In this document: positions 1-11,400 of the stretch, in pieces | Layout of the letters: each line of letters begins with the position of its first letter | How positions within the stretch are numbered: position 1 is the stretch's first letter | From: Amoebophrya sp. A120 | Taxonomy: Eukaryota > Protista > Dinoflagellata | Length of the DNA stretch: 44,764 nucleotides | Direction: 5' to 3' | Assembly: GCA_905178155.1 (NCBI GenBank) | Contig: CAJINV010000023.1 | Coordinates: 83,228 to 127,991, forward strand | Notes under the pieces: model-generated | What the model was told of the DNA's origin: nothing | Database searches by the model: none | Seen by the model: the letters and a program-made list of their open reading frames with translations, nothing else | Position numbers and translations under genes: made by a program

Positions 1-175
1 GGGCTAGAAAGGATGCCCCGCTGCGAAATAGCAGACCGGATTTCGCCTTCAATGCTTATCGCAGGAGCCTGCGGGCCGCCGCGGGCGACAGTAGTTGTCC
101 GCGGCCCTTTAGGGCCGCGACCGCAAACTGCGGCCCGCGGCTCAAGAAGAAGAAGTGAGATTCTAATTAAAAAAA

Positions 176-3100
176 ATGGTGGCGGGCCGCGCTTTCGCCG
201 CGCGGCTGGTTTGGCTTTCGCGCTGGTTAGATTTTCGCGCACGCATTTGGTTACCAATATCGCCCTCCGGGCGCGATCTTCATAAAAGTGGCGACCGCGG
301 CACCGTATATGATGATACCGAGGGCGTTCATCCTCCTGATGAAGCGAAAGGGAACACGACCACAGAGGGGATTATATCCTGAGTAAAAACGTCCCCACAC
401 CAGAGTCAGGATGGGGCTCTGGCAACACAGATCCAGAAGCTCTGGCAGTCACGCATGACAAGTTGCAGTACGTAGTGTAGTGCAGTTTGGAAAGGACAGC
501 CGCATTACAAATTCATGTGCTTTTTATCCTGTTTACAGCAATACAAATCCCAAAACACGATTGCAAATGCCTATCATGTGGATGCGCGTCACAGATGGTC
601 CTGTCATTGCAAATCTGCATGGCAACTGTGGGGTGGGGACTTTTGTGCTCGGGATAGCTGAATGTAGAAGAAGATGACACAGGCTTAGCAGAACTGCTGC
701 AGGACCATGATACCGAGGTCGTTCTTCGCGATGAAGCGAAAGGAAAAGGGAGCACGACCTCCACAGATGTGAATGTAGAAGAAGATGACACAGGCTTAGC
801 AGATATCCTGTGTAAAAATAACGTCCCCGCCCCATAGTCAAGTTGGGAACTTAGCAACACAAATCTAGACGCTTTGGAAGCCACGCATGACAAGTTGCAG
901 CGCGTAGTGTAGTTAAGGTTCCTCGTAAGGACAGCCGCATCACAAGTCCATCTGCTCATCCCATCTACAGCATTACAAATTCCAAAACAGGGTTAGAAAT
1001 GCATCTCGTTGTGACCCGCACTACAAATGTTTCTGTACCTGCACATCTGCATGACAACTCTGGTGTGGGGACGTTTTTGCTCAGCATAGCAGAACTGCTG
1101 CAGAACCATGGAGTTTTATCTTGCCTATCCTGTGCAAAAGTATCGCACTCGTAGTAAAAGTAATTGCAATTATGCATGACAAATCTCTTTCTCAAGGTAA
1201 ATCAGCATCAGAAATTTCATTTGTAATGCTGAGCAAATTTGTCATGCAATTTATACTAGTGCGATGCTTTAGTTGCACTGCATATTGCCGCGTCCTTGTG
1301 CACGACCAGGAACATCGGAAGGAAAAAAACATAGCTACGGTATTTAAATTTATCGAAAGGAAAAATCCCCCCTCCCCATATCAAAACGGAATTTCTGATG
1401 CTGGATCTGTGTACACAAATCAGGTCTGTATTGCAGAGAGGCACCGCGGCCAGATCCCCAGGGCTAGGTAGAGGCGTATGGGTCTAGTTGGTCAGCATGG
1501 CAAACGACTCTCCTTTCGGCCCAACAGCGTGACAAATCAACTCCATAATGGGGCGGAAGCTTCTGCCAACTTGTCTTCTTGCAAGACAGATGTGATTTGT
1601 GACCTGCTCAAACCAGCAACACAAATTTTTGGAAACATGTTTTACCTTTTTGATATGGGGAGGGGGGATTTTTTCTTCTGATAGTACTCCACGATGAGGG
1701 TTTAACCGATCCTACGCGTCCAATGATGAGTTGGAGACGCGGCCCCGATGGCGAACTGGCTTTATGCGTGTATCAACGACCCGCAACCAAGGAAGAAATA
1801 GCCGATGGGAAATTGAAGGACAATGTCAATGCAAACGGTGAAGAACTCGAGCTGATCTTAGAAGGGCCGATCCCAATCGTCCGTCGGCGTAAGTGGTTTC
1901 ATCCGGACAATATGGGAGTGTCAGGATTGAAATCGACAAAGTTGAAATAACTTGCTATGCATAAAATCGATAGCATTCGCAGTCGGTAGCCCAATTTCTA
2001 AGCGGCGCATGACAAATTGTCATTGTGGCAGCGTATATATAAATCCTTTTGGTTTTCCTGTCATGCTGTTTAGGGACAGAAGGCGTCTTTTGTCATGCTA
2101 CTTTCGCAGCTCTATCGCAGACCCCAAACAGGCTGACAATCTGCCTCACTTGCCATACCTGCAAGAGAGGCACTTCACGCCTTGCAATTTATGCATGAGA
2201 AATTATTTCAACTGTGACGATTTCAATCCTGACGCTTCCATAGACAACACGGCTCGCCCTTGGTGGGAAGTGTCCGATGAGGATGATGCAGAGCAACGAC
2301 CTCGACCAGAGCAGGATGCGGACCCGCACACAGTACTACAGCCAGAGCTGGGGCAAAAAGATCCACCAGCTGCACCTACTGCTGGCAGTACTTCTAAAAA
2401 GCGAAAAAAATCTGCCTGTAGCAGTAGTTCGTCGCCTTCCTCTGGCAGTTCCTCTTCTTCCTCTGGCAGTACTTCTAGCGATGACGACGAAGCAGGAGCA
2501 GGTCGTGACAACATTCCTACTGCTATCCCATTTAAAAACGTCCCCACCCCATAGTTGTAATGCAAATCTGCATGCTGAAAATGTTTCTCATGCGGAGCCC
2601 CATGAGAAGCATTTTCCAATCGTGTTTTGCAATTTGTCATGCTCCAATCAGCATGGTATGCTAGATCTGTGATACTGCTGAGCTAGCTCAAACAGCACTA
2701 CACTACGAATCCAATTTTGTCATGCAAAACAGCCAAAACTTGTGGATTTGTCTAGCCGATTCCCCAACTTGACTATGGTGTGGGTACGTTTTTACTCAGC
2801 ATAACTGCCCACCAGCCGAAGCGTCCGCCTCCGCCCAAAAAGCCTGCTTTGAGTTCTATCCTAAGCGCAAACGTTCCTACCCCATAGTCAAGCTGGGGAA
2901 TTTGCAACGCAAATAACCTGGAAGAAGTTTATTTGGGAGTCACGCATGACAAGTTTTGACAGTCGCATATACAAATCCATTTGCTTATCCTCTTTAATAC
3001 AGCATAACAAGTTCCAAAACACGAAGAGAAAAAGAAATGCCTCCAATGGGGATGCGCATTAGAAATGTTTCTGCAATTGCAAATCTGCATGACACCTATG

Positions 3101-5027
3101 GGCTGGGGACATTTTTACACAGGATAAGTTCCTCGTCTTCCTCTAGCGGTAGTGATGATAGCGGTAGTGATGATAGCAGTAGCGATGATGATGAAGGAGC
3201 AGGTTCAGACCGTGACGACGTTACTGTCCGCGAGCCGAAGCGTCCGCCTGTGCCCGAAACGCCTGCTTCCCAACGTCGCGCTTCCTCTGGCAAACAAGGC
3301 ACGGCCGCTGCATCTGCCAATCAGGATGTTGAGGACGATGTCAGATGCCGAGGCCGTACCAAAGGAACAGGCCGAGGTGAAAATAAACGCGACCAAGAAA
3401 GCAACAGCAATGCGGCAAGCCGACCCCGTAGCCGTAGCGGAAGTAGCGCCGCTCAAAGCGACGACCGAAGCCGTAGCCGTAATGAAAGGACGGGTATATT
3501 AAAGCGCGACCAAAGCGGCCAAGGGCGCAGCAGAAGTGCCGGTAGAAAACGCGACCAAAGCCGAAGCCGTAGCAGAACTGCTGGTAGACGCGACCAAAGT
3601 CGGAGCTGTAGCAGAAGTGCCGGTAGACGCGAACGGAGCCCCCGAGGCCGCAGCAAAGGGGCGGGAAAGCGCGACCTAAGCCGGAGCCGTAGCGGGAGTG
3701 CCGATAGAAGACGCGAACGGACGAGCCCCCGAGGCCGCAACAAAGGTGTCGGTAAGCGCGACCAAAGCCGAAGCAGCAGCAGAAGCGCCGGTCGTAGGCG
3801 TGAACGGAGGCGAGGCCGCAGCAAAATGGCGGGCAAACGCAACAAAAGCCCGAGCCGTAGCAGGAGTGCCGGTAACCGGGACCGAAGCCGCGGCCGCAGC
3901 AAAGGGGCGGGAAAGCGCGACCAAAGCCGGAGAGGTAGCAAAGGTGTGGGTAAGCGCAGCCGAAGCCGAGGCCGTAGCAGAAGCGCCGGTAGACGCGAGC
4001 GAAGCAGAGGTCGCAGCAAAATGGCGGGCACAGCACGCGACCAAAGCGGCCAAGGGCGTAGCAAGAGTGCCGGTAAAAAACGCGACGACAGCCGGAGCCG
4101 CAACAAAGGTGTCGGTATATCAACGTGAGAAAAGCCCCCTCCCCATATTATTCGAAATTGCACCACCAGGAGGAAATTTGTGTTGCTGATTTGTCTACGC
4201 AAATGCGTTTGTGTTACACATTTGAGAAGCAAGAGCGAAGCGACGCACTGGGCAAGCCATCTGTAAAAATGCGCTTTAGCCTACAACAGCAACGTCTATC
4301 ATGCTGCAGAGCTAGACCTCTAGGGACCCAAACAGGCTTAGCATGTGCCTTGGCTTCGTTTCTGCACGACAGAGCTGATTTGTGGACACAAATCTGCATC
4401 ACAGATATGGGGAGGGGGGATTTTTCCTCACAATACGGTAAGCGCGCGAACCAGAGCCGAAGACGAAGCCGTGACAGGAGCGCCGCACCAGACAACATCA
4501 ACACCCGGCGGAGCCGGAGCCGTGACCGAAAGCAGAGCCGTAGCTGCCGCCCCCGAAAGGGTGCAGAAAATGATCGAAGCCAATCAAGGAGTATCGACCG
4601 CCCCGGGAACAAAGGTGCCGCAGGGAAAAAACGTAACCAGCAGACGAGCCGCGAGCGGGGGCGTAAAGGCGTTGGCAAAGGGCGTCGTGCAGGCGACCGC
4701 AGCGGCAGCCGTCCTGGACGCCGAAATAATGGACGTCCTCGCGGCACGGGCGAGGCCGATCGGAGTCGGAGCCGCGAGCGAGGTACTTCTTCTAGGGGAT
4801 TTGGCGAACGCAACGCTCGCAGCAATGGCCGGATGGCGGAGGACGAAAGTCATCGGAACGTCGGACGTGGTGGTGATCTTGGCGGGCGCCGCGACGAAGA
4901 GCTAAGCGATGCTGTTGCTGAGTATTTATTGAAGTTCTTGTTCAAAAATACGAACTCCACGGCGACACTTGATTTTGTTCTTCACTCGTCAAAACCATGC
5001 TTTTGTTCTTTGAGTATAACAAACTGA
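176..5027 (+). CDS. Multi-exon gene for an acidic/Ser-rich and Arg/Ser-repeat low-complexity protein, split by 8 introner-like elements; start and end uncertain
   Basis: Removing elements at 375, 804, 1126, 1351, 1911, 2524, 2857 and 4118 plus one TSD copy gives one frame: ..TTEGLNVEEDDTGLAELLQ..GVLSCRVLVHDQ..ATVLHDEG..WFHPDNTARPWW..IPTAHQPKRPP..LSSSSSSGSDD..(RSRSRSAGRR/GRSKGAGKRDQ)n..GVGKRANQSRR.. Confidence 0.75.
375..656. mobile_element. Introner-like TIR element, family A
   Basis: TATCCTGAGTAAAAACGTCCCCAC...GTGGGGACTTTTGTGCTCGGGATA; diverged TSD gatta/gctga; removal keeps frame. Confidence 0.85.
804..1088. mobile_element. Introner-like TIR element, family A
   Basis: TATCCTGTG...CTCAGCATA; perfect TSD gcaga; empty-site paralogue at about 676-702. 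Confidence 0.95.
1126..1284. mobile_element. Introner-like TIR element, family B
   Basis: TATCCTGTGCAAAAGTATCGCACT...TGCACTGCATA; perfect TSD ttgcc. Confidence 0.95.
1351..1683. mobile_element. Introner-like TIR element, family C
   Basis: TATCGAAAGGAAAAATCCCCCCTCCCCATATC...GATATGGGGAGGGGGGATTTTTTCTTCTGATA; probable TSD gtatt/gtact offset by 6 nt. Confidence 0.85.
1911..2242. mobile_element. Introner-like TIR element, family D (long TIR)
   Basis: TATGGGAGTGTCAGGATTGAAATCG...CGATTTCAATCCTGACGCTTCCATA, imperfect TIR of about 55 bp; perfect TSD gacaa. Confidence 0.95.
2524..2803. mobile_element. Introner-like TIR element, family A (reverse orientation)
   Basis: Family A TIRs; interior is the reverse complement of the 375/804 copies; perfect TSD actgc. 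Confidence 0.95.
2857..3126. mobile_element. Introner-like TIR element, family A
   Basis: TATCCTAAG...CACAGGATA; perfect TSD agttc. Confidence 0.95.
3420..4117 (+). repeat. Coding tandem repeat encoding RSRS/SAGRR/SKGAGKRDQ units
   Basis: Repeated cgcgaccaaagccg / agcagaagtgccggtaga / ggccgcagcaaagg units. Confidence 0.85.
4118..4435. mobile_element. Introner-like TIR element, family C
   Basis: CCCCCTCCCCATAT...ATATGGGGAGGGGG TIR core; perfect TSD cggta; empty-site paralogue at 3738-3760. Confidence 0.95.
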
Positions 5028-5435
5028 GCTCACGATGCTGCTAATCAGGACGCTTCGTGTTAGTTGCCGTGATGACTAGAGCAGGTACTAAAAAAGTGCA
5101 GTTGCTGTTGGTCATGTTTTATGTAAAACTTCCCGAGCTTTTATTTTCAATTTCATCCTCACGAACAGGACGGGCGGCACTATCCATGAGTATCGAGATC
5201 CGTCCGAATGATCATCACAACTACAATATATGAGCTAGTATGCTATTTTCTCGTGCGTACGATTTTGATGTACCTGGGGTTCCATTTTATCTACGGGGAT
5301 GGTACTACGTTGTATCACGAAATATTAATTTGTCGAGTGAGCAGTAGATCCTCGCAACTAGAAGTACGTGTATTTGTGATGAAAAAAGTAGTGACAGGGC
5401 TTTGCTTTATCCCTCCATAAAGTAGACAACCGATA

Positions 5436-8400
5436 CCCGGGGGGAGCGGAGTATGGCGCTCTCAACTGTTACATTCTCAACTGTTACATGATTTGTCATG
5501 CAAAATCGCCTTGACTATCAACGCCATCAAGCTGCTTCGCATGACAAATTCTCAGACGGCCAAACAGGCTGAGAATCTGCGCCAAATCTGTCATGCAAGA
5601 CGCGCAAGGTCCTTCCTTTCACTTTTGCCATTCTTGCATCACAAATTCGTGTAACAGTTGAGAATGTAACGTTTGAGAACGCCATACGCAGACGCCACCG
5701 TAGTGAGCGTCCGCCCAATCGAGACAGACGCAACCGTATCCTGTGCAAAAGTATCGTACTCGTAGTAATTGCATTTATGCATGACAAATCTTTTTCTCAA
5801 GGCCGATCCGCATTACAAATTCAATTTGTAATGCTAAGTCAATTTCTTGTCATGCAATTACTATATATTATATTCATGCGAAAAAAGAGGTAGACAGAGG
5901 GTAAACAAGAGGTGGCCGAGAGGTCAAAAAGAGGTCAAAAGAGGTAAAAAAGAGGTCGACAGAGGTGGAGAGGTGGCGCGGGACCCCTTTCGAGAGGGTC
6001 GGCGAGAGGGTGCGCGAGTATAGCCCGCCGAAGGCCCCACCTTAAGGCGGCGCCTAAGTGCCTCAGAGGGTGCAGAGAGGTCAAAAAGAGGGGGCGCGAG
6101 AGGTCGACAGAGGTCGAGAGAGGTGGCGCGAATAAGGGGCGACCTCTCGCGGAACCTCTTGGCCACCTCTCGGCCACCTCTGTCGACCTCTACCCGCGAG
6201 TATAGCCGGATTATTAGCGGGGACCCCCAAAAGAGGGAAAGCTAGAGGGTCTGCGAGAGGTCTGCGAGAGGGTGAAAACGCAAAGTGGTGGGCGCGAATC
6301 CGCATGGTACTACCAATATTTGGCACTGCAGGCCATTCGCGGACTTGTTTTGTTCGGCGCCTGTCCCCACTACCCTCTCGCGCCACCCTCTCGCGCGCCC
6401 TCTCGCGCCACCCTCTCGCGCCACCCTCTCGCGCACCCTCCCTCTCGCGCCACCCTCTCGCGCTACCCTCTCGCGCCACCCTCTCGCGCTACCCTCTCCC
6501 GCCGAGCGCCCTCTGTTCGCCCCCGGTGTTCTTTGCAGCTGCTCCCTGCGCAGAGCGCCCGCAGGCGCGGGAAGCGCGCAAGTGGCCCCGCGGGTTGGCG
6601 CGGCGCAAACCGGCGGCACGAATGCAGTGCGTTTTGTTGTACATAGGCCAGTGGGGTTGTGGTCCGATCGGCAAACAGTCTTGCCCCGGCTCAACAGCCT
6701 TGCGCTCCGGCGGCAGCCGGAGCATGGCTGGTTTATACTAGTGCGATGCTTTTGCAGTTCATAAACCGTAGCGACGAGCCGCAGGGCCGTCGGTCACGGT
6801 CTCCGCGTGGTCGTGACGACCGGCGATCACGGTCTCCGCGTGGTGGTCGTGATCGCGACACGTCCAGCAACAGCAATCCAGACGGAAAAAATTCTATCCA
6901 AGAAAAAAATGTTGGTAGTGTAAATCTGTGATGCGCAACATGCAAAGTGATTGCGTCTGTCATGCTTGGCATGCATAGTACGGTCCATGACCATGAAAGG
7001 GCGTTTTCACGTACTATCTGCGCATGATAGGTTTTTGCTGTCATGCTAGACGAATTTGTAATGCTGTTCGTCCAAAAAAGATACACCTACAACTTTTTTT
7101 CCTATGGATAAATTCGAACAACAAGGGACGCGGCAGGAGCGTCATGCTTGACACCGGACGGGACCGTATGCAAGAAAAAAACTGTGTAAGTGTAATTCTG
7201 TGATGCAGAAAGTGCAAAACAGTTACACTTGTCATGCTGGACATGCATCAGAAGCTCTTTTCGTACGTGTTTTCACGTACTAGGCGCGCATGACAGGCTC
7301 TCTCTGTCATGCAGAGCAAATTTGTGATGCTATTCCTCCAAGAAAGTTACACTAACACAGTTTTTTTCTTGGATAGACCGTCAGCATAATTTATTACGAA
7401 GCAGAACCGAACCACGCGGACAAAAGACAAATAACCGCCGGGGACGAAGTTTATCCTGTGCAAAAGTATCGTAAAACTCGTTGTAATTGCGAACATGCGT
7501 GACAACTCTCCATCCCAATGTAAAACAGCATGACAAATTCTCCATTTGTCATGCTGAGGTAATTTGTAATGCCATTACTACTAGTACGTTATACTTTTGC
7601 AATGCATAAAGTTGCGCTTTTCCTGACAAACGCGTGCGCTTCGAAGATGAAGACGAAGAGGAGGAGTTTATCCTGATTAAAAACGTCCCCACACCTCCAG
7701 AGTCAAATCTGCTAGACAAATCACACAGCTTTGGTTGTTTGGCATGACAAGTTTGTCCTCGTAGTGTAGTCCTGTTTTGGTAGCTCAGAAGCATCACAGA
7801 CCCAGCGCATCACGCTGCTCCTAGCGTCACAAATTTCAAAACACGAAGAGAAAACGCTTCTTATAGGGTTCCGCATGAGAAACTTTTTTGGCATGCAGAA
7901 TTGCATGACAGCTCTGGGGTGAGGACGCTTTTGGTCAGGATAGAGTTCCAGGGTCGTGGTGGACCAAGACCTGCTATCAAATGTAAAAATGTCTGGGTCT
8001 GGAAAAATGGAACTTGTGATGCTGCCTTTAGATTCCAAAAGAATCTGTATTGCATGAGCAGTAAAGGGAATGTAATTTTTGCTACGCGGAGAGGGCATAA
8101 TTTGTGATGCGGAATAGGCATCAAGAAGCCCTTGAAAAATCTGTGATGCTAGGGCACGCATCACAGACGTCATGGCTCATGCAAAACGTGCATGACATCA
8201 AGTCTCAAAATTTTCCAGACCCAGACATTTTTGCAATTGATACTTGCTTCTGGTGGTGGATCGCGCCGAGGACCTCCTCTTCAACAAGGACGAAACCAGC
8301 ACGAACGCCAGAACGATTCGGAGCGCCGGTATGCAAAGAAAAAAGCGTTACAGTTACCATTGTGATTGTGTTGCAGAACGCGCATGACAGACAACCGCTC

Positions 8401-11400
8401 TCATGCAGATCACTGCATTGAGCGTTTCCTCGGTGAAGATGTAGAGCAAGTTTATTGAATGATGTGTTGCTGAAGTTCCAACAAGTGTGTAACTGCAACA
8501 CTTTTTTGTTGGGATAGCCGGACCCGTCGTACTAGTTCTCCGCAAGAACACCAGGTGGACGATCAGGCCGCGCGCCGACAGCGTTCGAATTCGCCTCGTC
8601 GCCCGGCCAGCAAGGAGGACCGGGTTGGCGGCGATCAAGGGCAGCACCAGGATGAGGACCGGCCCCGCTCAACAAGCTCGGGCCAGCGTGAGCAGGTCAA
8701 AAAAGCGACCACGGCAGCTGCCCGTCCAAAGAAGAAAGCAAAAGAAGAGGAGGAGAGCAGCAGCGGCTCGTCCTCCAGTGACAGTTATCACAGGTGGAAA
8801 AAAGTGTTACAGTTATGTTAACACATTTGTTGGAATTTCAGCACCACAAACTTTGTCTGTGTGACAGACAAGAAGGTGGGAAAACACGAATGAAATGAGG
8901 CGGGCAAGCATTTCCTGCATGATCGAGGTTTTGTGTCTTGCTTGTCTTCCATGATCAGAGTGTGTAACTGTAACACTTTTGTCTCGTGATAGCAGCGACG
9001 ACAGCACCAGTAGCAGCGGTAGTGGTTCGACTCCCCCGTCCTCGTCGCCCCCTGGCTATCCTGTGCAAAAGTTAAAGTACGTATTGCAGTATTGCATGAC
9101 ATCAAAACTATTTCCTAGGGGGAATCAGCATTACATGTTGTAAAAGAGATGAAATAAATATAAATTTGTAGTGCAGGTTCTACTAGTTGTACTCCACTGG
9201 TGCGAAGGTACGTAAAAATTTTGCAATGCATACTAGCAATGGAAAGACGAACGCCAAGAAGAATAAACCCGCCGCAAAAGCAAACGCCCAGCAGCGCAAG
9301 GCTGTATCCTTTGCAAAAGTATCGTACTCGTATTGCATTCATGCATTACAAACCTTTTTAATTCATTTTCTTAAGGTAAATCAGCATTACAAATTTCATT
9401 TCTCACGCTGAGGAAATTTGTAATGCATTTATACGAGTACGATGCTTTTGCAACGCATAGGCTGTTGGTGGTGGCGACAAGGATCATGTTGAAGGCCGTG
9501 ACGAAAACGCTGGAGATATCATATGCAAAAACGTACCCACCCCATAGTCAAGTTGGGAACGTAGCAACACAAATCCAGAAGTTTTGGGAGTCACGCCTGA
9601 CAAGTTGCAGTCCGTAGTGTAGAAGTACTAGTGCATGTTACTAGCAAGGACAGCCGCATCACAATTCCATCTGCTTATCCTGTTTGCAGCATTACAAATT
9701 CCAAAGCACGATTGGAAATGCCTCCCTTGGGAACGCGCATTACAGATGTTGCTGCAATTGCAAATCTGCATGACAGCTCTGCTGGGGTGGAAACGTTTTT
9801 AAACAGGATAGGTGAAAATGGAGGAGGTGCTTCCACATCGACCGGGCCCCACGACGCGGGTGCATCTTCGGAGCGTCCTCCCGCTCCTGAACTTACGAAC
9901 AATAATGGCCCGGTCGTGCAGTTGGGGCAGATGTTGTCATCTAGCGCCGACGAAGATCGGGGGCATGATGGCACCAGTTTGTTGACCGGCGCCCACCCCG
10001 GTGCAGGACCAGATCACCCAGCTGCTGAACTTACGAACAATAACGGCCAGGTCGTGGCGCAGTCGGGCCAGCGTCTGTCATCTGGCGCCGACGAAAGAGG
10101 GCAGGGCGGCAATGTGGGTGACGCGAGGACGGTCAACGGAGGGGAGGACGGTATCAACTGCAAACATGTCTCTCTCTATATGGTTGCTGCGCATGTTGAT
10201 GTTTGTGATGCAGTGTCTACTGCGTACCCCAGGACAGAAGGTGTGGCATGCGAGCCTTAGCATCACGACAGGTTTTGAGCCGGTTTCTCAATGCCTAATA
10301 CCAATACGCATAAGTAACAAATCCCTTCGCTCGATGACATCAAGAAAAAGGACTACCTGTTCTGCTGCCCATGCATGACAGATTTTCATTTTTCAATGAT
10401 CTAAATTAAAATGCGCATCACATTCACAAGTCGTAGCTTTCCCGAGTCAGACATATTTGCAATGCATAGTTGGCGTGGTGGAACAACGTGAAGACCGTCG
10501 CCGACCACGTGACGCAGCTCGGTCGCGACGGCTCCTATTCACAGAAAATTTCCCGTACACGTCCTACCAAAACCTCCAATGCGGTTTTTGCATGACAAAT
10601 CTTTCCCTCAATCTTTATTTGAGGGCATGGCAAACTGTTTATGCTCTAGGTAGGGGAACAAATAATTTGTGATTTTCGTTTTTTTAAGTGGACAAAATGA
10701 AATTTGTTTGTATTGCATAACTCCCGAGGACGCAGAGTACCAGGGGGCAGCAAGAAGTCAGGGACCGAAGCCGCGACGAGCCCCGTGCTCATCCGCTTGG
10801 CGACTTACCGAGACTATCCTGCGGAGCAAAACTAGTACCATCGTACGACGTATAAAGCGCATGACAAATTTATTTCCCAGCATGTCAAATGGAATCTGTC
10901 ATGCCGATTCATCTATAGGAAGGAAATTTGTCATGCATAGTTGCGATTACTACGAGTACGATACTTTTGCAGGGCATAGAGACCGCCTGACCGCGGACGA
11001 AGTCGAAGATTTTTTCGACGGTCTCCAGATATCAAAGGCAATTCGGTAAAGTCCGGTTCTGGAAGAATTCAGGGGAGTTTGTCATGCAGTTTTGACCTGA
11101 CCAAGGATCTCTCTGATGCACGCTCTACTAGCATCACAGATTTCATCGCGAAGGGTTGATGCTTATGCACAACCTGCATGAGAAAATCCCTCTCCGGAAG
11201 ATGGCAACAACCTCAGTGTAGTCTTCTGCGGCTCAACATGCAATACAGGTTTTTGTACAATCGAAAGTTTATCGCACGAAAAAACTGTTTCACTGTGAAC
11301 CTGTGATGCAGAAAATGGAACACAAAACTGTTTGTCTTGCTACACATGGAAGGCATTGGATTTTCCAGCGTGTTTTCCCTTGGGAAGTGCGCATGACAAA

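Noticed and set aside
3341-4853. Long minus-strand and alternative-frame ORFs over the RS repeat
   Set aside because: Shadow ORFs of a GC-rich coding repeat; only the + strand RS frame is continuous across element junctions.
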